Positions 42,273 through 59,949 of a DNA stretch of 64,000 nt are shown piece after piece (position 1 is the first letter of the stretch; every line of letters starts with the position of its first letter). A program made the translations under genes and the position numbers. Location: the NCBI GenBank assembly GCA_964016885.1, contig OZ024741.1:86552001-86616000 (forward strand). Reading direction: 5' to 3'. Source of the stretch: Eledone cirrhosa. Lineage: Eukaryota. The notes beneath the pieces are model-generated. The model made no database searches. It was not told the DNA's origin and saw only the letters and a program-made list of their open reading frames with translations.

Positions 42273-43367
42273 AAAAAGCTGCAGATGTAATACTTTAATT
42301 TTTCCAAATTTTAGGGAGGTTCTACTCTACTGAGAAATTTGAAGTGTATCATGTTAATCCTGAGTGAGCATTATTTTCATATTACATACTCTCTAGATTT
42401 AGTGTATCTTCTCAGTTAGTCTCTTACAATAAGGCAAATATACTTTAAATTTTGGTTATTGTAAATAGATATAAATTTCAAGTTATGAAGTAAACATTTG
42501 TATCAAGCAAATTTGTTTTTTAACTATCATTTCCATATTTTTAATGAAATACATTGTATTTGAATTAGTTATTGAAAAATTTGGAGGGATTATTTCATTA
42601 TTGAGATGGTAACATAACTTAACAAAAGTAAAATTGTTGGAAGGTTTTAATTTAAATAGAAACCCTTTAAAAAGGTTGGCTTTATTTCATAGAAACAGGG
42701 GTGGGTAGGGGTGGGCAGGTTGGTTTCAAAAGGGTTAAGTAAAAGATTTCTTGTTTGAAAATTGTTTCATTGATGTAAATGACTTATGCCTGATGCTGTA
42801 GAATTGTAAAGGAGGTGAAACTGATAGTTTACACAAAGTGCAGTTAAGTAGGTAGCAGGTTTTTCATACACAGTATAACTATCTTTTTACATCATCTATC
42901 TATATCAATAACAAAATATTTCTTTTACATCCACAAAGTTTGGCATGTTGACAGTGTCATCAACAATTCTCATTACGTCAACAACACATTGGTAATAGCA
43001 ATCTCAATGGTCTTGTTATCTTGGTGCTACCATTTTATGAAGAAACATGACCTAAGCATGAAAGTAAAGACAAGAAACTGCATGGAATATGCCAGAAGAG
43101 TAGTATGAAGAAAAAAAATCCAGCAGTTTCACAAACAAGCAATCGACACTGGAAAAAAAAAAAAATTACGAACAAGTCCTTGTTACCATAATTCTAATGA
43201 AATACTTTGTATTTTAATTAATTAATGAAGAATATGGAAAGAATTTATTCATAAACTATAATTTCATTAACATGGTATTTATTCTTATATAAAATTATGT
43301 TGGAAGGTTTAAATTAAGCAGGATCTTTTTAAAATGAGTGGTTTTGTTTCACAGAAAGAGAGATGGT

Positions 43368-43478
43368 TTTTACAGATTTATTTGACTGTAGATTATTTGA
43401 ATGTTTACGGCACTTCATCTATATTAGATGAAGTGCCGTAAACATTCAAATAATCTACAGTCAAATAAATCTGTAAAA
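43368..43478. repeat. Perfect foldback (~54-bp arms, 3-nt loop)
   Basis: TTTTACAGATTTATTTGACTGTAG...CTTCATCTA-TAT-TAGATGAAG...CAAATAAATCTGTAAAA. Confidence 0.92.
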
Positions 43479-43948
43479 GATAATTGTTTCTATTTTTTGC
43501 ATAAGGCCAGCAATTATTCCAGTGCATTACTGGTGCTTTATTTTTTCGACCCAGTAAGGATGAAAGGCAAAGTTAACCTCGGCGGGGTTTGAACGCAGAC
43601 CGTAAGGGGGCGTAACTCTATGCTGCAAAGCATGGCATCCTACCCTCTACCAATATTGCCAATCCATCTGTAAAAAATAATTGTTTCTACTTTTAGCACA
43701 AGGCCAGCAATTATCCCAGAGCATTATTGGTGCTTTATTTTAGCGACCCTGTAAAAGATAATTGTTTCTACTTTAGGCACAAGGCCAGCAATTACCCAGT
43801 GCATTACTGGTACTTTATTTTATCGACCCCGTAAGGATGAAAGGCAAAGTTAACCTCGGCGGGATTTGAACTCAGAATGGCAAGGGCCGTAACTCTATGC
43901 GTCAAAGCATGGCGTCCGACTCTCTCCTGATACTGCCAATCCACCGCC
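43479..43948 (-). mobile_element. Tandem array of SINE family B (full, partial, full)
   Basis: Units separated by a repeated TGTAAAA.ATAAT motif at 43472, 43669 and 43750, echoed at 43950. Confidence 0.85.
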
Positions 43949-44554
43949 TATAAAAGATAATGATACAAAGACAGTGATTATAAAAACAACTAGGAATGAA
44001 AAAAGCCACTATATTGTTATACAGATGGCACAAAGTCTTTTCTATCTTTAATTGAAAGACAATGCCCAAGAAAATTATCCCATCTTATATTCAACACAAA
44101 TAGTGGAGAGACAAAGCGGTGGGAGAAAATATGGCCATGACATCCAGATATGGTCTGTTGAAGAAACCAGCATCAACCCTAAGCCCATAAAATAGAAGCA
44201 ACAAAGAAAAATTAGCAACTACTGTATACACTCATATATAAGCCGAGAAATATGTGATATTTTATATTGCAAATCAGCCCCTGCATATGTCTATGTATTT
44301 CTACATATATATGATGGAATATGTTTGAAAATGAATGGTGGAGTTCTTTGTTGGCGCAAAATCTGTGTGCTCTTTCCACGACTGTCTGCCACAATTTTGT
44401 AAGTCACATGATAGCATAAAAGTGAATCACTAGAATCGGGAAACTAGTGAACTCACTAATCGTCTACATTCTATAGATCGATATTTTAGTTGAGCATCCT
44501 GCTGATGAGTTGTAATTAACTCGGTTTGTGTAACATTTACCAATGTTATGTAAT

Positions 44555-44870
44555 AAGAAATAGAATTAAGAAAACCTAAGCTGAATAGGAAACATGAATG
44601 GAATAATAACAACCATACACAACCACACACTAGTGATCTAAGATAGAATATAAATATATACAGATGCAATATCAAAACACAAACACACACTAGTGACCAG
44701 GTACAATATAAACACAAAACTCGGACTCAAACACACACCAGAAAGAATACATGCACACAAATGCATGCGCAAACAGAGACAAAAAATAAATAAATAAAAT
44801 AAAAACATTTATAGGAACACAACAGGAGGAAACATGAAAACATGATAATCACTGAAGATGTCAAAGATAT
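44555..44870 (+). mobile_element. Penelope-like 3' fragment, same family as 23045
   Basis: EIELRKPKLNRKHEWNNNNHTQPHTSDLR* parallels EIELRRPSLNRKNECNNNNTQTNNTDLREV*. Confidence 0.65.
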
Positions 44871-44944
44871 GTGTGACAAAAGAACTTTAAGAAACTATAT
44901 TTATATAGTTTTAACTGTTGGTCAATCAATGATAAACATCAATG

Positions 44945-45312
44945 GTAAATATACACCCCAATCCACTACCCCTACCCTATCCTCCCACACCCACCAACAC
45001 CACCCTCTCTCTATAAAGTTGGTACCACAACATCCAGTCCAAATAAATGAGATAAATGAGATCGAGATCGTGTAGGTGTCACGAGAAAAAAACACACAGT
45101 CCACGCTGTAATGTGGCCGTGTAGGTAACACAGTAAAAAGTTCCTAGTTCCACACTGTAAATGTGGTTGGTGTTAGGAAGGGCATCCAGCTGTAGAAAAC
45201 CTGCCAGATAGTCCTATATAAGCGAGACACGGTCACCCGACCAAACCTTGCCTCAAGTGGGACAACTCTCGTCTAACCCATGCTACCGTGGAAAGTGGAC
45301 GAAGATGATGAT
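44945..45312 (+). mobile_element. RTE family B-like 3' UTR
   Basis: GAGATCGTGTAGGTGTCACGA...GGTTGGTGTTAGGAAGGGCATCCAGCTG...GGACGAAGATGATG. Confidence 0.8.
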
Positions 45313-45335
45313 ATATAAATATATATATATATATA

Positions 45336-46206
45336 TATAGTAGAATAATCGAGTATCGAAAAATCGGCGCACGAGTTCACGATAAACAAAATTCGATATG
45401 AGCGGCAGAGGGCTCAATAATTCAGATAAATCAGAGCTATAACTATCGTTAAAATACCGTCACACATAGAACAAGTCTATAATCAACCGTACGACCGAAA
45501 GATTGCGATCTGGAAGATTCGGGACATTCAGAAAAAAATATAAAAAAATCAATAAATCAAATGAATGTAAAAAGCATACCCGGACCCGCTAGAAAGATGG
45601 TAAATCTAGCTTCTTGGATTTCTGTAAATCCTTAAACTGCCCTCTATCAGCTCACATAAAAATATATGAGACTTCTAGAAGCCAGCGGACGGGAAAATTT
45701 ACTTCCTCAACGAGCCTTTGTCCGAACGAATGAAAAGGCATAACCCAGGCTGAAGGAACGCACATGTAATTCAGCAAGGGAGATAACCTCTACATCCGCA
45801 AAAAATATTCGGGAAAATGTGGAAATACACATATCGAATAAGAGTGCTCAATAGACATGTTAAAATAAACAGGAGCTATTCATCAGTTAATAGAATCGAC
45901 AAAAAATGAACAATAAAATTAACTGGTCAATAGCTAGGTCTAGAGCTAAATATAGTAGAATAATCGAGTATCGAAAAATCGGCGCACGAGTTCACGATAA
46001 ACAAAATTCGATATGAGCGGCAGAGGGCTCAATAATTCAGATAAATCAGAGCTATAACTATCGTTAAAATACCGTCACACATAGAACAAGTCTATAATCA
46101 ACCGTACGACCGAAAGATTGCGATCTGGAAGATTCGGGACATTCAGAAAAAAATATCAAAAAATCAATAAATCAAATGAATGTAAAAAGCATACCCGAAC
46201 CCGCTA
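45336..46206. repeat. LTR-like unit: 256-bp direct repeats flanking 359 bp, embedded in (TA)n
   Basis: 45336-45591 matches 45951-46206 (period 615, about 2 differences); CpG-rich relative to the flanks. Confidence 0.9.
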
Positions 46207-48829
<2,623 letters not shown>

Positions 48830-48830
<1 letters not shown>

Positions 48831-51800
48831 AGAAAAACTCACCATAATAATAGATAAATATGATTCCCTTACGAATGCCGTACAAGAAATGGAACAACAA
48901 ACACGCAGCTATAGGGAAAAACTTGATTCACTAATTACAGACCGGCAAAAACAAGAACAAACCTTTTCTCCTGAAATAGCTACACATGAACAGAACTCCA
49001 TCACCAATAATGCATTCAAAGAATGGAATGAACTGAACCTAGAAAAAGAAGCCTACAGAAAAAGAAACCAAATGAAAAACATTTGGAACCCTTTATTAAA
49101 TCAAAGGAAACAGGCATACTGGAAAGCCTTGAGGAGTGAAAACCTAGCAGACACATACGAAATATGGCTTAGCAAGGAACCAGTTATCCTCCCGAGAAAA
49201 TTCCGAATTAAAAAAATACCATCGGAATCAAAGGAAGAAACTGCAACAAGACTAAATCTAGCACTCCAAACACTTGAGACCGAAATCACCCTACTCCGCC
49301 TAAGAGTGCAAAAATTCAAAGAGAAATTCGAAAAATGCGACACCACCATCCAAGAGGAAATAAACAAAAGAAGCAGCGGCAATGTACGTGAAAAACTCCT
49401 TAACCTATGGCAGACAGATACAACTAGAGAGGAGTTAAAATCAAAGAAAATCTTGGAGTCAAGAACTCAATGGCTTCAAGAATATGAAGATAACTATGGG
49501 AAAGACCAAATAAAACCCAGAAAACAAACCCATAGGAAACCCCAGAACTCAGGAAAATACAACAACACAAGAAATGAAGCACCCACACACAATAAACCAA
49601 CAACAACCAGATATTGGGTAACCCCAAACACACAACTACATACAGACCCAATACTCAACACCAGAACCAGATACAACCACTGCCATAACACCAAGAACAA
49701 TCACCGGAGACAAAATCAAAGACACATGAATACTGAACGAATCAACAGAAGAACCAGACCCCCATACAGCAACGGCCACGCAAGAGTCTATCGCCCAACC
49801 AGTTACCGACATGAAGTTCCGGCGGGCCAAAGGTTTCACCACAACAGAAACACCCCTATCCCAAATGGCCCCCATTTTTTTAGGACTAGGGGCCTCGCAC
49901 CAAATGAAAGAAAAAAAGAAAAAAGCACCACCTTTCAAGTGGCACCTGACGAGAAAGAACCAATCGAACCAAAAATAATCAATATATCAGCCAAGAAATT
50001 AACACAACCAGAAATACAACTGTTAGAAAATGGACTGAAGTTCACTCCCACTCCGAAAGCAGACACAGCCGATGTTATAAAAGACACAGAAGAATACTGT
50101 CGAAAATTACGCTTAGGGGAATTCTTCCAGGGTGTACAATACGAGGAAGAATAACTGGTGAAAAACAAAAAGAACTTCACACCCCCGCTAAATAGAGATA
50201 AATACCTGGAGGAATACATAACCTGCCTTCGCCGATCAGCACGTACAAATACAGCCGAGACGAAACACAAATGCAACATCCCTACAGACCAACTACTAGC
50301 ATTGAACAAGCTACAAAGAGATTCCTCAATAATAATAAAAGAAGCGGACAAAGGTGGAGCAATCGTCATCATGGACACAAACCACTACAAAGATATGGTC
50401 CTATCACACTTGAATGACGAAAACTTCTACAGGAAAATCACTAAAAACGAAGAAAGGAAATCGAGGAACCAAATAGGCAAACTAACAACAAAGTACCAAA
50501 ACAACCTAACACCAAAAGAAGTAGATTACCTAACCAACTTCGAAATGAAAACCAGCAATTTCTATGGATTACCAAAAATTCACAAATCCATAGAAATCCA
50601 AAACAACATAAAAGGGAAAAATACAAAACCGACAGACTTAAAATTACGCCCCATTATTGCTGGCCCAGCCTCAAGCACACAACGTCTAAGCAACCTATTA
50701 GACATCATACTCAAACCCCTATGTAAAAAAGTTCCAAGCTACATCAGAGATGATATGGAATTCCTTAACTATATCCCCCCAAAAGTACACCAGGATACAA
50801 TCCTAGTCAGTTTTGATGTAATAAGACTGTACACTAACATCCTACATGACCTAGGGATTGAAGCTGTGGACTTCTGGATTACAAAACACTCAAGTCACAT
50901 TTCAGAAAGATTCCCCAAAGAATTCATCTTGGAAGGACTTAAATTAGTATTGGAAAACAACCACTTCCTCTTTGACAACGAACTTTATCTACAAATAAAA
51001 GGAACAGCCATGGGTACCAAAGTGGCCCCTACATATGCAACGCTCGTTATGGGTCACTTAGAGGCAAAATGATATTCCCAACTACAGATAACATTCAGTC
51101 ACGACTTCGCCTTCTACATTAATAAAAACTGGAAACGTTACCTAGATGACTGCTTCATCTTCTGGAACAGAAGCCAAACAGACCTACAAAAAATTTTATT
51201 CGATCCTAAACAGGCTTCATGAAGCTATACAATTCACTATGGAATGTAACGAAAAGGAACTGCCCTTTCTAGATATCCTCATCATTAAAGAAGGGGAAAA
51301 TATCATAACGGACCTATTTTGCAAACCCACTGACACACACCAATACTTAAATTTCCGGTCAGCACACCCCTCACATACGAAAAGGAACATTCCCTTCAAC
51401 ATGGCAAGGCGCATCTGCACTATAGCAACACACCCCGTACTACAAGAAAAAAGATTATGTGACCTGAAAAAATTCCTTAAAAAACAAGAATACCCGATGA
51501 AACTCATCAACGCAGCCATCTCCAAGGCTAAGAACATCCCAATAACAACACTGAGAAAACCAAACCCACAACATAAAAAAGAAAACCCTGCTATCTCTTT
51601 TGTCATCACTCACAACCCAGGGAACATCAACATTGTGAAAACTGCTAAGCAGTATCTCCCGATTCTACAGCAATCTACCAAAATGAATGCACTCTTAAAA
51701 AACACACAGATAATTTATAGCAGACGCCAAGCACCCAACCTTAAAAAACTAATTACCAAGGCAAAATTTACGACCAACATGGAATCAATGCAAGTGACGA

Positions 51801-52270
51801 AATGCGGGGACCCTAGATGTGGAAACTGTGAAATCATCGAAGAGGGCAAACAGTTGTCATTCAAAAACCATGATAATTTCAAGGTCAATGCTAACATGAA
51901 CTGCAAAATGAAAAACCTAATATATTGCGCAACATGTCCACAGTGTAAAGAGTATTACATTGGGGAAACTGGAACGGGATTACATGATAGAGTCCGGGTA
52001 CATAAACAACAGATTAAAGACCCCACAGTCAGAAATACCACATGTAGCGCACACTTTGCATCATGCGGGAAGGGAAAATTCACAATCTTCCCTTTCTTCA
52101 AGATATGGTCGGATAACGAACATTTCCGCAGATATAAAGAAGAATTCTTCATTGAAAAATTTAAACCACTACTGAACACGAAAAAATGAATTAACACTCG
52201 GAGGTAACATTCCATTTCACTACCCCCCCCTCTTCTTATGTATACACATGAATATCTGAATGAACGGTGA
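48830..52270 (+). mobile_element. Near-complete Penelope-like element (RT plus GIY-YIG, Neptune-like); two stops and one frameshift
   Basis: [93 protein letters not shown] and RVRVH motifs. Confidence 0.92.
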
Positions 52271-52560
52271 GACACACACACATATATGTGTGTAGGGATG
52301 TATGGATGTATGTACGTGTGGGTATATATGTATGTGGGTGTGTGTATGTGTGTGTGAGTGTGTGTGTATGTGTGTGTGTATATATATATACATATATGTA
52401 TGGATGTGTGTATGTTTGTGTGTGTGTGTATATATATATGTATATATATGTGTATATATATATATATGTATATATGTATGTGTGTGTGTGTGCATATATG
52501 TGTATATGTACATGTATGTATGTGTATGTTTGTATATATGTGTGTGTGTATGTGTGTGTG

Positions 52561-52595
<35 letters not shown>

Positions 52596-52838
52596 GGATA
52601 GATATGTATGTTTATGTGTGTGTGTATGTATGTGTATGTATCTATATATATATGTGTGTGTGTGTGTATGTATGTGCATATAAGTACATGTGTGTACATG
52701 TGTGTATGTTTCTGTTTGTGTATATGTATGTATGTATGTAGATGTATGTGTGTATATGTATGTATGTATGTATATGTATATGTATGTGTATATGTGTCTT
52801 TATGTGCTCGTGTATACGCACACATATGTATGTGTATA

Positions 52839-52913
<75 letters not shown>

Positions 52914-52976
52914 ATGTGTGTATGTATATGTGTGTATGTGTATTTATATGTATATATATGTGTATGTATATATGTG

Positions 52977-53007
<31 letters not shown>

Positions 53008-53232
53008 GTACATGTATGTGTATGCATGTATGTGTGTATGTATGTACTTGTATGTGTATGTGTATGTATATGTATATATATACATATATATGTGCATATG
53101 TATGTGTGTATATATAGGTATATGGATATGTATGTATGTGTATATGTATGTGTATATGGGTGTATGTGTCTGTATGTATTTATGTGTACATATATGTATG
53201 TGTATGTGTGTGTGTGTATGTATATATATATA

Positions 53233-53305
<73 letters not shown>

Positions 53306-53572
53306 GTGTGTGTGTGTATGCCTCTCTCTTTATATGTGTATATATATATATAGATGTATGTGTGTATGTATGTGTATGTATGCATGTATGGGTGAATGGA
53401 GGGGTATATATACGGACATATGTATATGTGTGTGTGTGTGTGTGCGTGTGTGTGTACGCACGTGCGTGTGTGTGTCTGTGTGTGTATGTGTGCGTGTATG
53501 TGTGTATATATGTATATTTAGTTATGTATCTTTATGTGTGTATATGTATGTATGTGTATGTAGGTATATGTA

Positions 53573-53632
<60 letters not shown>

Positions 53633-53658
53633 GATATGTGTGTGTGTGTATATATGTG

Positions 53659-53691
<33 letters not shown>
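52271..53691. repeat. TG/TA compound microsatellite
   Basis: Directly visible. Confidence 0.95.
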
Positions 53692-53693
<2 letters not shown>

Positions 53694-56600
53694 CATCATC
53701 ATCATCATCAACGTTTAACGTCCGTGTTCCACGCTTGCATGGGTTTGGACGGGGGTAGTCCCACTTGAGGCAAGAGTGATTGTCTTGCTCGCATAGGACT
53801 GTCTGGCGGTTTTCTACAGTTGGATGCCCTTCCTAACACCAACCACATTTACAGTGTGGGTCTGGGAGGTTTTTACCGTGTTGCCTACACGGCCACATTA
53901 CAGCGTGGACTGTGTGTTTTTTTGTCGTGACACCTACACGATCTCATTTGTTTCGGCCTGGATGGCGCGGCACCAACATAACTTTACATAGAACGGGGTG
54001 GTGTGGATGGGGTGGGGGTGGTGGGGGTGGGACGGGGTGTATTTTGTTAGAGATGCCTACTGGTTGGAGTAGGTTTTACTATATATTTAGGTAAGGCGGG
54101 TCTTCCCTGTTACTGAGTACCGCCAAAGGTCTCGGTCCAGTGACATTGTCTTGGAGAGGTGTAAGTGTGTGATGTCGGAGTTTATCAGCTCGTCCCAGGT
54201 TTTTCTAGGTCTGCCTATTCCGTGACTACCGTCTATCTTTATTGCCCTGCACTTTGTTATACAGCTATCGACTTTCATGCGCATCACGTGTCCATACCAA
54301 CGTAGCCTTCTCTCGAGTAAACAACATCTGATCCCTCTTATCTCTAATTTTTTCCTTAGTTCGTTTATGCTTTGCCGTTCACGTATATTACTGTTACACA
54401 TCCAGCGGAGCATGCAAGCTTCGTTCCTCTCTAGTCTGCGTATATCCTCTGCACACAATGCCCAGGTCTCACTGCCATGCAGCATTGCTGTTCGTATGCA
54501 GGCATCGTACAACCTGCCTTTCATTTTTAGGGAGAACCCTTTAGCAGCTAATAGTGGTATAAGCTCTCTGAACTTTTTCCAACCGGTTCTGACTCTAGCT
54601 ACAGTACTTTCAGAGCACCCTCCCCCACTGCTGATTTTATCGCCCAGGTAACGGAAGCTGTCCACTATTTCTATAGAACCCTCTGCGCAATTGAAAGAGC
54701 TAGTATTTTGTGGGCACTTGCTGCTACTTATTGCACCAGAACACCGGCCACATGTAAAATCTATGTTCTTAGTTAGCTTACCTGTGATCCCACTACATCT
54801 TTTATGCACCCATACTTTGCATTTAGGACATAAAATGGAGTTTCTACCTACGCCTTTCCTACACACCGAGCACGACCATTTCCCAGAAGGGACCGCCGCC
54901 TTGTTTTCTTTCCTACAAACTAGAACTTTGGTCTTAGCCAGGTTAATTTTAAGTCCTTTTGACTCTAGGCCGTGCTTCCATGTTTGGAATTTCTTCTCTA
55001 GCTCGGCCATTGATTCCGCTATGAGTGTCAGGTCGTCTGCGTATAGGAGTTCCCATGGGCAGCCTGTCTTGAACTCCTCTGTTATAGCCTGAAGGGCAAT
55101 AATAAATAGTAGGGGGCTGAGAACAGAGCCCTGATGGACGCCAACTTTTACGCTAAACTCTTCACTATATTCGTTGTTAATTCTAACCTTGCTGACTGTT
55201 TCTTTATACATGGCTTGTATAGCCCTCACAAGCCATTCGTCAACGCCTAGTTTTCTAAGAGCCCACCAGATAATGGAGCGGGGGACTCTGTCGAAGGCTT
55301 TCTCCAAGTCGACAAAAGCTAAGTAGAGGGGTTTACCTTTAGCTAGGTACTTCTCCTGTAGTTGTCATACTATGAAAAGAGCGTCTGTGGTACTTTTGCC
55401 TGACACAAACCCGAACTGCATTTCATCTAGGTCGATTCTCTCTCTGATTAGTTGCGCTATTACTTTTTCCGTGACCTTCATGACCTGGTCGATTAATTTA
55501 ATGCCTCTATAGTTACTCCTATCTAGGGCGTCTCCTTTACCCTTATAACAGTTAATGATGATGCTGCTATGCCAGTCCTTCGGAACAACCCCATTCTGTA
55601 CGACTTGGTTAACTATGCAGGTGACCATGGTGTGTCCCACCGTGCCAGATGCCTTCAGCATCTCAGCAACTATTTCCGAAGGCCCAGCCCCTTACCCGTC
55701 TTCATATCCTTGATTGCCTTACTTATTATACTCCCCTCGACTAACACTGCTGGTCCCTCTATTGGGTCGATATGGGGGAGACTGTCTTTCTCCCATTTAT
55801 TCTCCTCATTTAGTAGCCTTTCGTAGTGACACTTCCAAGCTACCTTCTTATCAGCGTCGGTGATGGCAAGTGTGCCATCGTCGTTTAGTACACACTTCTC
55901 CCCGACAATATCACGGTTTTCCTTGACGCATTGCCTAGCAATCCTGAACACCTCACGTTTTTGGTCATCGCGTTGTAGAACATGCTTGAACTTTCTTTCC
56001 TCAGCTTCCCTTCTTGCTAAGTACACTTGTCTCCTAGCTTCCCTCCTGGCCACTTGATAGTCTTCTCTACTTCCCCCATCCCGCCATACTTTCCAAGCCT
56101 GCTTTTTGGCCTTAATTGACCCCTCCACCTTACTGTTCCACCACCATGTTACTCTCCTCCTGCCTACAGGCCTGCTCCAGCCACAGACTTCGTCTGTCGC
56201 CAACAGCAGGTTTGCTTTCAGAAATTCCCACTCTCCCTCTATATTGTCCGACTCTAAATGTTCTTCCTTACTGTCGAAAGCATCAAGTAATATGCTTTGA
56301 AATTTATTCCTGGCTGTGGGGTCCTTTAGCTTCCATATTTTTCTCCTGAGGATAGTCCTCTTCTGCTGTCGAGTACGTCTCGTCCTGACTATGAGGTCGC
56401 TAATTATCAGTCTATGTTGGGAGGTGCATTCTTCATGGGGGAGGGATTTGGTGTTTACAACAGACACTCTGTCACGTCTTCTGGTAAGGATATAATCTAC
56501 CTGGCTTGTGTGTTCCCCGGATCTATAGGTGATCAGGTGATTGTCACGTTTTTTGAAGTTAGTGTTACAGATAGTTAGGTTATTTGCATCACAGAATTCC

Positions 56601-57485
56601 AGGATTCTGGAGCCTTCCTCATTTCTAGTACCAAACCCATAGCCTCCATGGATTTCGTCATAGCCGTCACAATGTTGTCCAACGTGACCATTTAGGTCGC
56701 CTGCAATAATTATATAGTCACTGTCGGATATTTGGGAGGTAGTTAGCATCAGTGTCTCATAGAATCTGTCTTTTATAGTGCCGGGCAGTCCGGATTGGGG
56801 TGCGTACGCAGATATTACTGTCACCGTAGTTCTATTGAGGACAAGTCGTATTTTAATTATTCTGTCGTTCACTCTATTTACGTCTATTATCTTATCTGCC
56901 CACTTTTCCGCTACCATGATTCCTACTCCACCCAGCCCATCGTCGTTTCCCACCCAGAAAAGCTTATAACATCGTTTTTTACCCTCAATGAATCTAGCAG
57001 ACCCACCCCTCCACCTGGTCTCTTGAATACAACAAACATCGACCTCCTTACGTTCAAGCATTTCTACAACCTCGTTAGCGCGACCCTTTAGGGTGCCTAC
57101 ATTTATGGTACCAACTCTGAAGTTTTGGATTGCGTTTGGGGGTTGGGGGCGGTGGGGGCGGGGGGCGATGGGGTTATGTTAGCCGTCCGCGGTCGAAACA
57201 ATGAGGAGTGCTCGCATTCTCGTCCAAGAGGTGAACTTGTCTTTATCTTTGGCATTGCCGCTGAGCGTCCAGATTTTTCTCTCTCTCTCCTCCACTTTCC
57301 AGGATTCCGCAGTCCATCCATCCATCCATCATATATCGAAAGGCAAGCGATAGTATAGGCCTCTGGCTTCTGATTGGTCCGCGTAATAATAATACTGGTG
57401 ATGCGTGGGGGCTCTGGCTTATGATTGGTCCACGTAATAGCAATGGTGGTGCGTGGGGGCGGGAGGGAGGGGTGTTGGGTAGCTA
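53692..57485 (-). mobile_element. Full-length RTE family B, copy 2 (one frameshift near 55685, one CGA-to-TGA stop near 55366)
   Basis: ORFs 57061-55670, 55661-55365 and 55307-54087; 5' region has two ACCAATCA (CCAAT) motifs; (GAT)n tail. Confidence 0.93.
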
Positions 57486-58929
57486 GATAGAAGGTAATGA
57501 TTGAATGGGGTCCTTGCATTTAACAAGCGATTAACAAAAATACAAAATTTGTTTTGTTCAATACGACCAAAAACTTTCGTATCTAATAATTAATGGATAC
57601 AAAAAATGTAGATTGTTTTAGCGATAGATTGGCTATTTGGACTTGATACGAATATGGTTTGTGGAGGCAGAGATGAAGAGAAAAATATGTACATTACGTT
57701 ACATGATTATCGTGGGGTAGACAGCAAAGCAATGGAATTTGGCGAAGTGAATTATATATATATATATAGAGAGAGAGAGGGGGGGGAATGTGGCTGCATG
57801 ATGATTGACCGCCGTGCCCTCGGAGTAGAGCGGGTGGGGGTCGAGGCGAGGAAGCGGGATTTTCGAGTTTCGAAAGAAGGAAGAAGGAAGGGATTTTGTT
57901 TTTTGTTTTGAAAATACGCTAGAATTAGGAATTGAGGTATGAAAATACGCTAGGAATTGAGGTTTGAAAATAAGCTAGATTAAGAATTAAGGAATTTATA
58001 AGGAGAAGAGATAGAAGGTAATGATTGAATGGGGTCCTTATGTGTGTGTATGTGTATATGTATGTATATATATTTATATATATGTATATGTATGTATGTA
58101 TATGTGTATGTATGTGTGTATATATGTGTATATATATATATACCCATGTGGAGGTATGTGTACATATTTGTGTGTGTACGTATGTGTATGTGTGTTTTTA
58201 TATGTGTCTCTATATGTTTTTGTGTAGGTATTTGTACAGGGGTGTGTGATTGATGGTGTGTGCCTATATATTCCTACATATGCCCGTGTGTGTATGTACA
58301 TATATGCACACATATATGTGTGTGTGTTGAACAAAGGACTAACTTTGGGATGGACGTAGAAAGATTCTTCAGGAAAAAAATAAAAAAATAATTATTCACA
58401 AGCTTGACAGGTGCGATTTGCCTGTGACCATTCTCAACACAAAAGTGATGCTAAAAGCTTTTTCCCCTGAATAAAGGAATTTTTCGAGAATGACCGGGGC
58501 AGGCCGCACTTGTTAAGTTTCTCCCCACCCAACCCTACTCACCGTCTCAACTCATTACTGCTATGAACACTTTTTCAACACACCTACACCCATGCACTTA
58601 TTAAAGGGGAAGAAAAGAAACCCCGACCACACCACAGACATGTTAAATCCCTATATATAGAACAACACACCACATACACATCAGTTTGACAAGCGCACCT
58701 CAGCGTGAAAGGTCTTTCTAAAAACGAAACAATATCTCCTACGTTAACCAAGAACTCCTAAGACCTAACCAACAACCAACAACTTAATTTCTAAAATAAT
58801 TTTTTTTAAGAAAAATTCTTTTTGGATTTTGTGAAGAAAATAAATTTGTTGAAAGCACAAGTGAAGCCATTTTTTCTTCCCCCCTGTCTTAATATACCTA
58901 ACTGTACCAAGGATTACACACATTTTCCA

Positions 58930-59167
58930 ATATACATATATATATATACATATATACATATACATATATATACACATACATATATACATATATATACATA
59001 TATATATATATATACATACATATATATACATATATATATATATATACATATATATACATATATATATATATATACATATATACATATATATACATATATA
59101 TATACATATATATATACATATATATATATACATATATATACATACATATATATATATATATACATAC

Positions 59168-59198
<31 letters not shown>

Positions 59199-59563
59199 CA
59201 TACATATATATATATACATACATATATATATATATACATATATATACATATATATATATACATACATATATATACATATATATATATACATACATATATA
59301 TATATATATACATATATATACATATATATACATATATATATATATACATATATATATATACATATATATATATACATATATATACATATATATATATACA
59401 TATATATATACATATATATATATACATATATATATATACATATATATATACATATATATATATACATATATACATATACATATATATACATACATATATA
59501 CATATATATACATATATATATATATATACATATATATACATATATATATATACATATATATAC

Positions 59564-59612
<49 letters not shown>

Positions 59613-59775
59613 CATATATATATATACATATATATATATACACATATATATATATACATATATATATATACATATATATATACATACATATATATATATA
59701 CATATATATATACATACATATATATATACATACATATATATATATACATACATATATATATATACATATATATAC

Positions 59776-59826
<51 letters not shown>

Positions 59827-59948
59827 CATACATATATATATATACATATATATATATACATATATATATATACATATATATATATATACATATATATATA
59901 TACATATATATACATATATATATATATACATATATATATAATATATAA
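58930..59948. repeat. ~1-kb TA/TACA microsatellite
   Basis: Directly visible. Confidence 0.95.
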
Positions 59949-59949
59949 G

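Noticed and set aside
44502-44535. Hammerhead (CTGATGAGTT..AACTCG)
   Set aside because: GAAA and stems I and III are missing.
51070-51072. In-frame TGA in the Penelope RT as selenocysteine or readthrough
   Set aside because: Not a Cys position; the element also has a TAA and a frameshift, so this is simple decay.
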